A DNA stretch of 64,000 bases, from positions 128,001 through 192,000 of the forward strand of contig CBEUCH010000003.1 of the NCBI GenBank assembly GCA_965541585.1. The letters run 5' to 3'. The notes below the pieces were generated by a model that worked only from the letters and a program-made list of their open reading frames with translations, made no database searches and had not been told where the DNA came from. Position numbers and translations under genes: made by a program. Shown here piece after piece: positions 29,521 to 39,893 of this stretch (its first letter is position 1; the number at the start of each line of letters is the position of its first letter). This DNA is from an uncultured bacterium (lineage in GTDB: Bacteria; Zixibacteria; MSB-5A5; UBA10806).

Positions 29521-30828
29521 ATGAAAAAATTCTTCCACTTCGAGAGCCTCGGCACCAACTACAAAAACGAGATACTGGGCGGACTGACCACCTTTTTTGC
29601 CATGAGTTATATAATTATCGTCAATCCTGCCATTCTGGCCGTCGGCGGTTTTCCGAAGGAGGCATCTGTTACCGCCACCATACTCGCAGCCATGATAGGC
29701 ACATTCATCATGGCGATTTATGCCAGGCGGCCTTTCGCCATTGCTCCCTATATGGGGGAGAACGCCTTTATCGCCTTCACCGTTTGTCTTGGTATGGGTT
29801 ACAGCTGGGAGAAGGCCCTGGGCGCGATCTTTATCGGCGGCGTGATATTCGTGATAATCACGGCCCTGAGGATCAGAGGCTGGCTGGCCAGGGCTATCCC
29901 CAACAGCCTGAAACTGAGCTTCGCCGCGGGAATAGGTTTTTTTATAATGTTTATCGGTCTCAACGAGGCCGGTATCGTCAGGCTGGGTATCCAGGGCGCT
30001 CCCGTCAAAATCGGACAGCTGTCGGCCACAGGGCCCCTTTTGGCTGTTTTCTGCGTGATTCTCATCTCCATTCTCATGATCAGGAGAATACCGGGCTCCA
30101 TATTGATAGGCTTGATTGCAACCACGATTATTTCATTTATCCTCGGAGCCGCCAGCTGGCCTGCGAAATTGATATCCTCGCCGCCGTCGCTGTCACCCCT
30201 TTTCTTGAAGCTCGATATCGCCGGTGCCCTGACCCGGGATTTTTTGGGTGTTATTGTAGTCGTTTTCATTCTCGATTTCGTGGACACTATGGGAACGTTG
30301 ATCGGTGTATCAGCAAAAGCCAACCTGCTCGATAAAGACATGAACCTGCCGGAAATCGAGAAGCCGATGATGGCCGATGCCATGGCGACAGTCGCAGGGT
30401 CTCTTGTGGGAACCTCCACCACCGGGACCTTTCTCGAATCTGCGGCAGGTATCGAAGCCGGCGCTAAAAGCGGCCTTGCGTCTCTGGTGACAGCTTTGAT
30501 GTTTGCCCTTTGCCTGTTTTTCGCGCCGCTGTTCGTCTCGGTGCCGCCCTTTGCCTATGGCGCCGCTCTGATTGTGGTCGGCTTTTTGATGCTGTCGCCC
30601 ATCAAAGATATCCCGTTCGATGATTACTCCGAACTCTTTCCGTCTATAGCTACCATAGCCCTGATGAGTTTCACATACAACCTGGGATTCGGCATGGTTG
30701 CCGGATTCGCGCTCTATCCGATATTCAAGCTCTTTTCAGGCAGAGGCAGAGATCTGACGCCGGGCACGTGGGTCTTGTTCGGCATAGCGATATTGCTGTT
30801 TATATTCTACCCCTACGAGAGGATGTAG
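29521..30828 (+). CDS. NCS2/AzgA-family nucleobase permease
   Basis: GLTTFFAMSYIIIVNPAIL, APYMGENAF, DFVDTMGTL and FLESAAGIEAGAKSGL. Confidence 0.93.
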   Translation: MKKFFHFESLGTNYKNEILGGLTTFFAMSYIIIVNPAILAVGGFPKEASVTATILAAMIGTFIMAIYARRPFAIAPYMGENAFIAFTVCLGMGYSWEKALGAIFIGGVIFVIITALRIRGWLARAIPNSLKLSFAAGIGFFIMFIGLNEAGIVRLGIQGAPVKIGQLSATGPLLAVFCVILISILMIRRIPGSILIGLIATTIISFILGAASWPAKLISSPPSLSPLFLKLDIAGALTRDFLGVIVVVFILDFVDTMGTLIGVSAKANLLDKDMNLPEIEKPMMADAMATVAGSLVGTSTTGTFLESAAGIEAGAKSGLASLVTALMFALCLFFAPLFVSVPPFAYGAALIVVGFLMLSPIKDIPFDDYSELFPSIATIALMSFTYNLGFGMVAGFALYPIFKLFSGRGRDLTPGTWVLFGIAILLFIFYPYERM

Positions 30829-30939
30829 GGAAAAGCCGTAAGCAGCCTATCCGGTTCAGAATTTTAATACCTTGACATAAATCAGAAGGGCAGTAGATTA
30901 CATATAGAACTTCTACCGAGAGACATCACGATTAAGGCC

Positions 30940-32387
30940 TTGAAAGCCTGCTGCCTATATCTTGCTTTTACAATAACGATTTTGCCTATCTATGCCCACG
31001 CCGGCTGGACACCGCCAGCGCGGATAAGCGATGAGGGTACATCTTATGCACCGAGGATTGTCGCCAATGGGGATACTTTGCATGTGGTCTATTGGACATC
31101 GCAGGATAGGCCATATTATTTGAGGAGCACGGATAATGGAGACAATTGGGAAGAACCATTTTGCCCGATGGACACGGACACATCCGCAACCGGGGTTTCG
31201 CCCGTAATCAGATCCGAAGGCGGACGTATTTTTATAGTATGGTATAATCGATTCAGAAATAGCGATCGCGTCAACTGGGGCTTTCGCCAGTCAACGGATG
31301 GGGGGGGAGCTGGCATGATATCTCGTACATCTTGCCTGCCGATAACTCAATGCTTCAAAAACATACATTTTCTATAGGGGGCGGTACGATCTATCTTGTA
31401 TACAGCCGTTGGGCCCAGGAGATTATTGTCGAATTCACCAAGAGCACAGACTGGGGCCAGACCTGGACAGAGCCAACGGAGGTCTTGCAAACGGAGCAAA
31501 CGGGGCGATTTGATATGGCAGCGAGGGGCGATACTATTCACGTTGTCTGGGTAGGTAGATTTGATTACGAGCACCGGTGGGAAATCTACCATGTCCGCAG
31601 TACAGATTCTGGCGAAAGCTGGTCTGATAATACTCTGCTATCGACTCCTGATGATCGAGGTTCCAATTCTCCTACAATTTCGATAAACTCAGCGGGGAAT
31701 ATTGCGATTTGTTGGATGGACTATAAGTATTCTCCTTATCTTATAACCGGGGATATTTTCATCAGGTACAGCTACGATGGTGGCGAAAGCTGGACTGAGG
31801 AGGAGCAGCTTACGTCTCATCATCGTGTTCATGCGACGCGAATCTTATGGCAGGATGATTCACTTCATGTTGCTTGGGAGGATTGGCGGAACGAGCAACC
31901 CGACATTTATTACAATTGCAGCACCGATAATGGTTCAACATGGGAGAATGAGCAGATGGTGGAGGATGATCCGGGATCTTCTGAGGATCCCGATCTGGAG
32001 ATTGTCGGGGACAATATTCATTTGGTCTGGGCCGATTTTGGCCAGACATCTGGCTCAGGGATTTTCTATAGCCGGTGGGAGGAGGAGGTTGGAGTTGATG
32101 ATCACGGATATCGTTTTATGCCAGGTGCTGTCAGTCTATCGGCGTACCCGAATCCCTTCAACTCGTTTACTACAATAACATACAACGGTTTAAAAGGAGG
32201 TGACATTGAGATTTACAATCTAGCCGGACAGAAAATTAAATTTCTAAAACCCGGAAACATCAAGGAGGGACAAATAGTATGGGACGCCCGTGATGCCCTG
32301 GGAAATAAGGTCTCATCCGGAATCTATTTCGCCAGAGCGGGAGGGGCGATTAATTATTCCGTAATGAAGTTGATATATTTAAAATAA
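30940..32387 (+). pseudogene. BNR/Asp-box (sialidase-like) beta-propeller with FlgD/T9SS-like tail, frameshifted at G8 (31300-31307)
   Basis: Both ORF halves carry SxDxGxxW repeats. One extra G restores STDGGGSWHDISYILPADN and a 482-aa protein. Tail AYPNPFNSFT...SSGIYFAR...KLIYLK. TTGACA-N16-TAGATT upstream. Confidence 0.85.
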
Positions 32388-32404
32388 TATAATGATGCTT
32401 GTTT

Positions 32405-32432
32405 GTAGGGGTTTGATTAATCAAACCCCTAC
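32405..32432. repeat. GTAG-tagged REP-like perfect palindrome
   Basis: GTAGGGGTTTGATT|AATCAAACCCCTAC, 28 bp and perfect. Confidence 0.85.
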
Positions 32433-32476
32433 CGAGACTACACTAAAACAACTGTATTTGAAGTAAAGAGTAGTTA

Positions 32477-32539
32477 TGTCATTCCCGCGGAAGTCCTACG
32501 GCCTACGGCCCGTAGGGATCTGTAGGACGGGAAACCAGA
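32477..32539 (+). repeat. TGTC-tagged REP-like palindrome with a 34-nt nested insertion
   Basis: TGTCATTCCCGCGGAAG[insert 32494-32527]CGGGAAACCAGA. Confidence 0.8.
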
Positions 32540-32544
32540 TTATT

Positions 32545-32832
32545 ATGAAGCAATATTATGTTTACATACTGGCTAGCAAACGAAATGGAACTCTGTACAT
32601 CGGAGTCTCATCTGATCTCATAAGGCGTATATACGAGCATAAAAACAACCTTATCCCGGGATTCACGTCTAAGTATAATGTTCACCATCTCGTATATTAT
32701 GAGCTGTATGCCGATATCGAGACAGCTCTCAGGCGTGAAAAACAGTTGAAAAAATGGAACAGGAAATGGAAACTCGATCTTATCGAAGACCATAATCCGG
32801 ATTGGAATGATTTATACGAGGAGTTGCTGTGA
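32545..32832 (+). CDS. Small GIY-YIG nuclease (UPF0213/YhbQ-like, 95 aa)
   Basis: YYVYILASKRNGTLYIGVS, RIYEHK, FTSKYNV and ALRREKQLKKWNRKWK. Confidence 0.95.
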   Translation: MKQYYVYILASKRNGTLYIGVSSDLIRRIYEHKNNLIPGFTSKYNVHHLVYYELYADIETALRREKQLKKWNRKWKLDLIEDHNPDWNDLYEELL

Positions 32833-32833
32833 T

Positions 32834-33026
32834 TCTGGATTCCCGATCGGTGTCGGGAATGACAACGATGATCTTGTGTGGGGTCAAGCTCCCTGATCCG
32901 TCACATCAAACCACGAGCTGATGTCGTCTTCAATCATAAGAAATACGTATTCATGTCATTCCCGCGCACGCGGGAATCCAGAAACGTTGGCTCCCCTCAT
33001 GGATCCTTGCTTTCGCAGGGATGACA
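32834..33026. repeat. Three TGTC-tagged REP-like palindromes downstream of the GIY-YIG gene
   Basis: 32834-32864 (inverted), 32954-32982 TGTCATTCCCGCGCACGCGGGAATCCAGA and 33000-33026 (inverted). Confidence 0.88.
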
Positions 33027-33090
33027 CAGGAGATGACCATTAGTAGCCTTTCTCACCTCGCTGTGACCGCTATGAAATGTGTCGCTTCTA

Positions 33091-33540
33091 CTATTCCCTC
33101 AGCCCCTCCAGGTCCCTCGCCCTGATACGGAAAAGCTGATACCCAATTAGCGAAATAGCAATGAAAAGAAGCAACACCTCGAGTTCACTCCCCAGGATCA
33201 CCGCCACCAGCCCGTGGACCGATATCGCCGAACAGATGGCGGTGATAACTATAGTAACCGGCATAAGCTGCCTGTAATCGAATGCCCGGCCCTCGGCCGG
33301 CGGTTTGATTTTCGACAACATCGATCTTTTCACGATCTGCATGACAGCCAGCTCTGAAACGGCCACTATGAAGAGGACATTACGGATCAGGTTACTCTTC
33401 GCCTGCATAATCCCACCCGATTGCGCGATCAGGTAGCCGGTGATCAAAACGGCTATATCGCACCCTATTACGATATAGAGAGAAATAGACGACAGCTTTG
33501 ACAGAATCTCATAGTCATCCTGCGGTGAATGATCTGTCAT
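33091..33540 (-). CDS. Hypothetical four-TM membrane protein
   Basis: Four hydrophobic segments; ATG overlaps the tadA stop. Confidence 0.75.
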   Translation of the reverse strand: MTDHSPQDDYEILSKLSSISLYIVIGCDIAVLITGYLIAQSGGIMQAKSNLIRNVLFIVAVSELAVMQIVKRSMLSKIKPPAEGRAFDYRQLMPVTIVITAICSAISVHGLVAVILGSELEVLLLFIAISLIGYQLFRIRARDLEGLRE

Positions 33541-34022
33541 TGTGTTTTCTTCCGTTTCTTTTTGAAAAACTCCTGCATCAGGCCGGCGCATTCGTTTTTG
33601 AGGATTCCGGTGGAGAGAGCCATTGTGTGATTCAGTTCTTTGCTCTGTACGATATTGAAAATCGAACCGCAGGCGCCGAATTTGGGATCGGGCGCACCGA
33701 ATACCAATCTCTCAATTCTGGCAAGTACTAATGCTCCCGCGCACATGGCGCAGGGTTCTACCGTGCAATATACGGTGCAGCCGGAAAGCCTCCATGAACC
33801 GAGATTCTCCGAGGCCGAGGTTATGGCCAGAATCTCAGCATGAGCCGTAGGGTCCTGCAGCGATTCCGTGCGGTTATGACCCCGCCCTATGATGACGCCC
33901 TCATGAACAATGACGCAACCGACAGGCACCTCGTCGGCCGCAAACGCTTTTTCGGCCTCCTTCAGCGCTTCATGCATGAATCTCTGGTCAAATTCGATCT
34001 CGCCTGCTCGGGATTCAATCAT
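33537..34022 (-). CDS. tadA: tRNA adenosine(34) deaminase
   Basis: EVPVG, DPTAHAE, EPCAMC and GAPDPKFGACGS. Confidence 0.95.
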   Translation of the reverse strand: MIESRAGEIEFDQRFMHEALKEAEKAFAADEVPVGCVIVHEGVIIGRGHNRTESLQDPTAHAEILAITSASENLGSWRLSGCTVYCTVEPCAMCAGALVLARIERLVFGAPDPKFGACGSIFNIVQSKELNHTMALSTGILKNECAGLMQEFFKKKRKKTQ

Positions 34023-34147
34023 ATTGTTCTATTTATGTCGATCAAAATGAAAAATCAAACTGATTATTGGAGTTGCCGCGGCGTATTTAATCTCATATAT
34101 AGGCTTACTGTTAGCCGGATTTTAGCAACCGGTAAAGTGGTGAATGG

Positions 34148-34951
34148 ATGTATTCGTTAAGCAAAAGATTACTGGATGCTTTAGAGGCCTACAGGAAGAA
34201 GGACACTGAGGCCTCAAAAAAGGCGCACTCGGCCGATCGAATAAAAGCCGCTTTCGAGGAACATAAGACTGAAACCGGCGCCTATATCGGCGAAGCGGTT
34301 TACGGTGCCCTGGACGGCATTGTAACCACCTTTGCAGTGGTGGCAGGAGTGGAGGGAGCCCGGCTTTCCTCGGGGATCGTGCTGATACTCGGATTCGCCA
34401 ATCTGATCGGAGATGGCCTTTCTATGGGCGTTGGAAGTTATCTCTCAACCAAATCCAGGCGGGAATATGAAAGTAGCGAACGAGAGCGAGAGTGCTGGGA
34501 GGTGGAAAACTATCCCGATGGCGAGATAGTAGAAATAAGAGAGATTTACAAAAGAAAAGGATTTACCGGGCAGGACCTCGATCGGGCGGTGGAGATAATC
34601 ACATCCAATAAAGAAATCTGGGTAGAGACCATGATGCAGGAGGAACTTGGAATTGTGGGGGAGAGCAGTCACCCCTTTTTCAACGGGCTTTCGACGTTTG
34701 TCTCATTTATCGTGGCCGGTTTTATCCCGCTTTTGTTTTTTGTTATGGCCTTGGCGGTTCCGAATCTGAAGCAGTATACATTCTCCATGTCGGTGTTCTT
34801 GACAGGCCTGACCCTGTTCGTCGTCGGATCGTTAAGAGTGCTGGTAACGCGAACAAGCTGGTGGCGATCAGGCCTGGAGATGCTGACAGTCGGCGGCGCT
34901 GCAGCCCTGGGCGCTTATCTTGTGGGCTATATCCTCCGGGGATTGGCCTGA
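34148..34951 (+). CDS. VIT1/CCC1-family Fe/Mn transporter
   Basis: VYGALDGIVTTFAVVAG, ANLIGDGLSMGVGSYLS and MMQEELG. Confidence 0.92.
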   Translation: MYSLSKRLLDALEAYRKKDTEASKKAHSADRIKAAFEEHKTETGAYIGEAVYGALDGIVTTFAVVAGVEGARLSSGIVLILGFANLIGDGLSMGVGSYLSTKSRREYESSERERECWEVENYPDGEIVEIREIYKRKGFTGQDLDRAVEIITSNKEIWVETMMQEELGIVGESSHPFFNGLSTFVSFIVAGFIPLLFFVMALAVPNLKQYTFSMSVFLTGLTLFVVGSLRVLVTRTSWWRSGLEMLTVGGAAALGAYLVGYILRGLA

Positions 34952-34972
34952 TTCTCCAAGGCCGAATGACTA

Positions 34973-35311
34973 TTATTCGAAGCTACGTACCGCTTCTTCG
35001 ACACTGTCGTAATCCTCAAAAGCGGTGATCAGCCTGGTTAGTATCAAAAGAGATTTCACTTTTTCCGCAATAGCCGCCAACCTCAGTTCTCCGTCGTTGT
35101 TGCGCATGGTAGTCAGCCCGGAAATCAAAATGCCGAGCCCTCTGGAGTTTATCCAATCGACTTTCGAGAGATCGAGAACGATCTTTTTTCTATTCTGCTC
35201 AATGAGCTCTCTAAGCTTATCATAAAAGAGGGAATCGTCCTGCCCTCCCATAATATTTCCCTTAAGCTCGATAACGGTAACCTCATTCTCCTGGCGGTCG
35301 GAAAGCTTCAT
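34973..35311 (-). CDS. STAS-domain anti-sigma-factor antagonist
   Basis: IVLDLSKVDWINSRGLGILI; 112 aa. Confidence 0.92.
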   Translation of the reverse strand: MKLSDRQENEVTVIELKGNIMGGQDDSLFYDKLRELIEQNRKKIVLDLSKVDWINSRGLGILISGLTTMRNNDGELRLAAIAEKVKSLLILTRLITAFEDYDSVEEAVRSFE

Positions 35312-35585
35312 GGCACACTCCTATCTGTAATCATTGCGTTTGCATTCTCCCGGTAACTTAAACCACAGAAAAACATTGATAGATCCAAACCTCGAACTTA
35401 TCGGACAGCAGGTTTGTATCTATCATCGCAAGAATATACTCAAATATCCTGCTACGCAATAGTTTTTTCTAAATCGATATCATCAGAACAGAGGCCACAG
35501 TCACTGACAGAAGGTTTTCAATTTGGCTCTTAACATGCGTATCGTGTTCTGCAATTGAGGGCCAGGCTATCGATTCCTGCAAAAT

Positions 35586-35610
35586 AAAAGGGGAGCCGTA
35601 TGGCTCCCCT
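35586..35610 (-). terminator. Rho-independent terminator
   Basis: AGGGGAGCC-GTAT-GGCTCCCCT with an A-run on the left (U tail on the minus strand). Confidence 0.75.
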
Positions 35611-35635
35611 CTGGCTTATCTTAAACCGAGAGATC

Positions 35636-37348
35636 TTACTTCAACAGCACCGACCTCCTGGTCTCGATATAATCGCCCGCTTGAATCCTCTGGAAATAGA
35701 TACCTGTCGATTTATCTTCGGCATTCCAAATAATCTGATGATAGCCTGCTGGCTGCTGTTCATTGATAATGGTCTCGATCTTACGGCCGAGAATATCGAA
35801 GATGTCGATAGTCACGTTACAGGCTTCAGCCAGATTGTATCGTATGATAGTAGAGGCGTTGAATGGATTGGGATAGTTTTGCTCGAGTGAAAACTGACCG
35901 GGTAGACTTTCCACATCATCAATACCGGTACCGCCTTCATTCAAGAAGACCGAAATATTACCTGCTATAACGTTCGCAGTCGCCAGGTCGAGACCGCCAT
36001 TGCCGTCAAGATCGGCGGCAAATATGGAGACGGGGCGAGCATCGGTCGGGTAAGAATCCGGGGTTGCGAAAGTGCCATCACCATTATTCAAGAGAACAGA
36101 GATGTTATTGGTAGCACGATTGGCCGTTGTCAGGTCGATGTCGCCGTCACCGTCAAAGTCAGCGGCGCAAATTGACCGGGGCCTGTTTCCGACCGAATAG
36201 GCAGTTCCCGGAGCGAACGTGCCGTCACCGTTGTTCATTAAAACCGAAATATCGTTAGAGTTGAAGTTCGCTGCAGCCAGATCGAGATCACCATTCCCGT
36301 CAAGATCCGCAGCATATACCGAAACAGGATTTGTACCGACCGTGTAATCGGCATGGGACGCGAAAGTGCCATCGCCATTATTTATCAAAATAGAGACGTC
36401 GTCGGAATTGCGGTTTGCCGTTGCCAGATCGAGGTTGCCGTCGCCATCAAAATCTGCGGCAAAGACTGACCAGGGATTGGTCCCCACCGGATAAGCTGAA
36501 TGAGAAGCGAAGGTACCGTCCCCGTTGTTCATTATAACGGAGACATCGGTAGTATCGATATTCGCCGTGGCCAGATCCAGATCGCCGTCGCCGTCAAGGT
36601 CGGCAGCAAATATTGATGCAGGGGCGTTTCCAACAAAATAATCCGAATCTTGCACGAATGTGCCATCCCCGCTGTTCATCAAAACCGAGACACTGTCGGT
36701 GCCCCGATTCGCTACCGCCAGGTCGATGTCGCCGTCGCCGTCAAAATCGGCGGCAGAGACCGACCAGGGACTGGTTCCCACCGGATAGGTTGATTCAGGT
36801 GCGAAGGAGCCGTCTCCATTGTTTATAAGAATCGAGACGATGTCAGAAGCACGATCGGCCGTCGCCAGGTCCAGGTTGCCATCCCTGTCAAAGTCAGCTG
36901 CAGCGACTGCCATAGGCTCGCTTCCCACGGAATAAGTCGAACCTTCCGCGAAGGTGCCCGAGCCTCCTCCCGCAACAATCGTGAATGACCAGGCAAATTC
37001 GTCGGCCAGAGGCACTCCCCCGGAAGATTGTATGCCTGCTGTCAGAACTGCAGTCACAACCTCGCCGACCACGAAATCATCCAGCGGATCAAAAGATGCG
37101 GTTCTGGTCGGATCGTCATACGTTATCACACCTTCATGCGATCCCGTACTTACAGCGTTGACAACAAATGTCGCATTGTTTATTGTGGCCCCATCCATTT
37201 GAATATCAAACGTTACCGAGATGTTTGTATTCCCGGGCACGTTCAGTTCATTTTGTGTCGGCGAAACCGACACTACCTGCGGTGCCTGAGCGTAAACCAC
37301 GCCGGCAGAACAGACCGATGCAATGACAACCGTTAGAAAACTCTTCAT
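35636..37348 (-). CDS. Ig-like (SbsA/Big_5) plus FG-GAP/VCBS repeat protein with FlgD/T9SS-like tail
   Basis: Signal peptide and PQVVSVSPTQNELNV. Seven AAD(F/L)DxxGxxDL repeats. Tail QNYPNPFNAST...GIYF...VLLK. GGAGG precedes ATG 37348. Confidence 0.9.
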   Translation of the reverse strand: MKSFLTVVIASVCSAGVVYAQAPQVVSVSPTQNELNVPGNTNISVTFDIQMDGATINNATFVVNAVSTGSHEGVITYDDPTRTASFDPLDDFVVGEVVTAVLTAGIQSSGGVPLADEFAWSFTIVAGGGSGTFAEGSTYSVGSEPMAVAAADFDRDGNLDLATADRASDIVSILINNGDGSFAPESTYPVGTSPWSVSAADFDGDGDIDLAVANRGTDSVSVLMNSGDGTFVQDSDYFVGNAPASIFAADLDGDGDLDLATANIDTTDVSVIMNNGDGTFASHSAYPVGTNPWSVFAADFDGDGNLDLATANRNSDDVSILINNGDGTFASHADYTVGTNPVSVYAADLDGNGDLDLAAANFNSNDISVLMNNGDGTFAPGTAYSVGNRPRSICAADFDGDGDIDLTTANRATNNISVLLNNGDGTFATPDSYPTDARPVSIFAADLDGNGGLDLATANVIAGNISVFLNEGGTGIDDVESLPGQFSLEQNYPNPFNASTIIRYNLAEACNVTIDIFDILGRKIETIINEQQPAGYHQIIWNAEDKSTGIYFQRIQAGDYIETRRSVLLK

Positions 37349-37781
37349 ACGTTCAACCTCCATGTCGACACCTTCAAAAAGGGTAATTTCCCCACTGGTG
37401 TGCTGTTTAGGTCCTATCTGTTATAGATGAAAGCAAATTGGCGACTATTTCAAATTTCCTTTCTACATTTCCCCAAAAATACCCTGATGATTATGGCAGG
37501 ATTATAGGCTCTGCTGTCTGTCACAATCACCGAATTCCCCCGAAGTACTCCTTAGGGGGACTTTATTATGAATATATAAAAATATACTGATTTGGCAATG
37601 AATATTTCCGGAAATGCTGTTACTCAAATCCCGCAACGAGTATAATAATCTTTGGTGCGCGGTTTTGACAGCTCTCCAAACATCAGCATAACTCTTTAAC
37701 TTTCAAGGAATTAAACCGATTTCGGCCTTGCGGTTCCGGGGATATATCAATTCCCCGCTAATTCAGGGCAGAAAAATATAC

Positions 37782-39479
37782 TTATTTCAACAACACCATC
37801 TTTCTTGTCTCGTCATAATCACCGGCTTCAATCCTGTAAAAGTAAATACCGGTAACAGCGTTTTCGGCATCCCATATAACCTGATGACGGCCGGCTTGTT
37901 GTTGTGCATGGACCAGCGTCTCAATCCTGCGGCCGAGGATGTCGTAGATTTCGACAGTAACATCGGCAGAATAAGGCAGGTTGTATTTTATTGTCGTCGT
38001 TGCGTTGAACGGATTGGGGTAATTGGAGAATAAGGCAAATACATATGGAATCTCATCGATCCCTTCAGCAATATCTGTAGGATATCGCTCAATTGGATCG
38101 CCGGGCGTCATATCTCGACCCTCAAAGCCCGGGAAATCGGGGGCGTATCGCTGGGTCCAGAAAACGATATTGCCTAGCGGCTCTTCGCCCTGAAACATAG
38201 GACCGTCTGAGTTCACCGGATTTATGTACAGCCAGACGATTTCTTCTTCTGGTGTAATCTCAAAAAACTCCCCGTTCCGACCGTCGCAAATAAGGGTATT
38301 ACCGTCGGGGAGGCGATGAGCTCCCGAAATACTCTGGGAGTAAAAATCAAACGGATCTTCGGCGGTGTAAATCCAGGTCGGTTCCTCGGGTCCGTAGGGG
38401 AGACCGGGAATCAGAATATAGTTTCCTTCATTATCTATAGGCGGCTCGATCTCGTCAACCGTCGAATAATTCCCTTCTGGACGGTTCCTGCCGTTGTTAA
38501 AAATAGTGATGTTCCCCTCTCCGGGACGTCCTGGCTCCACCCATCTGGCATCGTGCTGTGAATAGAGTTTCCGATCGTCGTCGTCTCCGGCCCTGTATCC
38601 CTGTGGATTTCCCCACCTGTAAAGAAAATCGCCGCCCTTGCCGTATCTGCCGCCGGTGTGTCCCGCGGCCTCTTCGGTCGTAGTGCTATGATCGATTACA
38701 TAGATCTCATATTGGGTATGCGAACTAACTAATAGTTGATCCAGATCTTCGTTATAATCGATGGAGTTTAGGTGATTCCAGTCGCGGTTTCCGCGATTGC
38801 CGCCCGGCCGGGGATCGAAATTAATATCGAGCAGTTCGGGATGATCCTCAACTACGTCGTAATTGTTCTTCGTTTCGTCAAAATCCTGAATCAAATGATC
38901 CCACATATGCCATTCCCAGACTATGTTCCCGCCGGATTGGCCGTCCGGCTCCACTTCGATAATATGGTCCGGCCATAATTTACCTGATGACAACAGATCG
39001 GGATCGCGGCCCGCTTCAATCGCCTCGTCCCCGGATTTAAGCTCCCAGGCGATCATGAGTACATTACCGTTCGGCAGCGGCTCGATATCATGATGCGGAT
39101 AATACAGCTCGCTTGCATACTCGAATTCCCATACGATCGTTCCGTCCCAGGCAATTTCCTGAACAATTCCGCCCGAACCGCCGGTGAAAGGAAATTCATC
39201 GTTGCCGCCAAGTTTGCCCGGGCGCAGAAGATTGCCATTTTCGAGCAAACAGGCCGCCATCGCCGGGCGATACTCGCTTTCCCATGAATTGATCAGTAAC
39301 CCGTCATTGTCTATCAGGTATGCAACTGTATACGGCATAGGCGAAAAAAGGGTATATCCCACGAATGCATCGTCCTCATTGATAAGCAACCCCATAGTTC
39401 TCTCCTGGGCTCCGGCCAGAACGAATGCAAACAGGGTGACCACAAAAAGAAGCAATACGCCAGACTTCACTCTTGTCAT
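37782..39479 (-). CDS. Arylsulfate sulfotransferase-like beta-propeller with FlgD/T9SS-like tail
   Basis: HHDIEPLPNGNVL, DWNHLNSIDYN, QHDA, FNNG and SGAHRLPDGNTLI. Tail NYPNPFNATT...KMVLLK. Confidence 0.85.
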   Translation of the reverse strand: MTRVKSGVLLLFVVTLFAFVLAGAQERTMGLLINEDDAFVGYTLFSPMPYTVAYLIDNDGLLINSWESEYRPAMAACLLENGNLLRPGKLGGNDEFPFTGGSGGIVQEIAWDGTIVWEFEYASELYYPHHDIEPLPNGNVLMIAWELKSGDEAIEAGRDPDLLSSGKLWPDHIIEVEPDGQSGGNIVWEWHMWDHLIQDFDETKNNYDVVEDHPELLDINFDPRPGGNRGNRDWNHLNSIDYNEDLDQLLVSSHTQYEIYVIDHSTTTEEAAGHTGGRYGKGGDFLYRWGNPQGYRAGDDDDRKLYSQHDARWVEPGRPGEGNITIFNNGRNRPEGNYSTVDEIEPPIDNEGNYILIPGLPYGPEEPTWIYTAEDPFDFYSQSISGAHRLPDGNTLICDGRNGEFFEITPEEEIVWLYINPVNSDGPMFQGEEPLGNIVFWTQRYAPDFPGFEGRDMTPGDPIERYPTDIAEGIDEIPYVFALFSNYPNPFNATTTIKYNLPYSADVTVEIYDILGRRIETLVHAQQQAGRHQVIWDAENAVTGIYFYRIEAGDYDETRKMVLLK

Positions 39480-39893
39480 TCTAAACTCCTTACAAAAATA
39501 AGAGCAGTACTTAAAGCCGACTTTTCGAGACGCATTTTCGAAGTAAAATTAACGTCTTCAATGGCAATATAAGTTGATTATCGGAAAAAACAAGCGTTTT
39601 CAGGTTACATGAAACGTCCCGTTAAATGCCGGGCAAGGCCTTGCAAAGACGGCTGAGTTCGGCGGTTAGAAAATATCGGGCAAACAGGCGTAATAAAACG
39701 TTGCCAGGGCGCCTTTTCTATCTTCATTACTGGAAGCGCTTGAATGATCCATTCACCGTAGGATTTTATAATATTGAAATTATCAGGCGTATCTGAATAT
39801 TAGATATAACTTTATATTACCTCTTGCAAAATCGGGAAATTTCGGCTAATTGATTCAAAGATAAGTATGACTTTTTAATAGGATTGCGAACAG

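Noticed and set aside
29439..30335. 298-aa alternative-frame ORF and the many antisense ORFs in nuo, transporter and activase genes
   Set aside because: They overlap well-supported genes and have no recognisable motifs, as expected from codon bias.
32875..32906. Possible degenerate GTGG-tagged REP (GTGGGGTCAAGCTCCCTGATCC)
   Set aside because: Weak stem and a single copy, so it cannot be supported.
33537..34022. tadA in the same window as its substrate tRNA-Arg(ACG)
   Set aside because: They are about 15 kb apart with unrelated genes in between, so this is probably coincidence.
35940..36960. Repeated GTCGCCGTC-like DNA motifs
   Set aside because: Explained by ordinary FG-GAP protein repeats.
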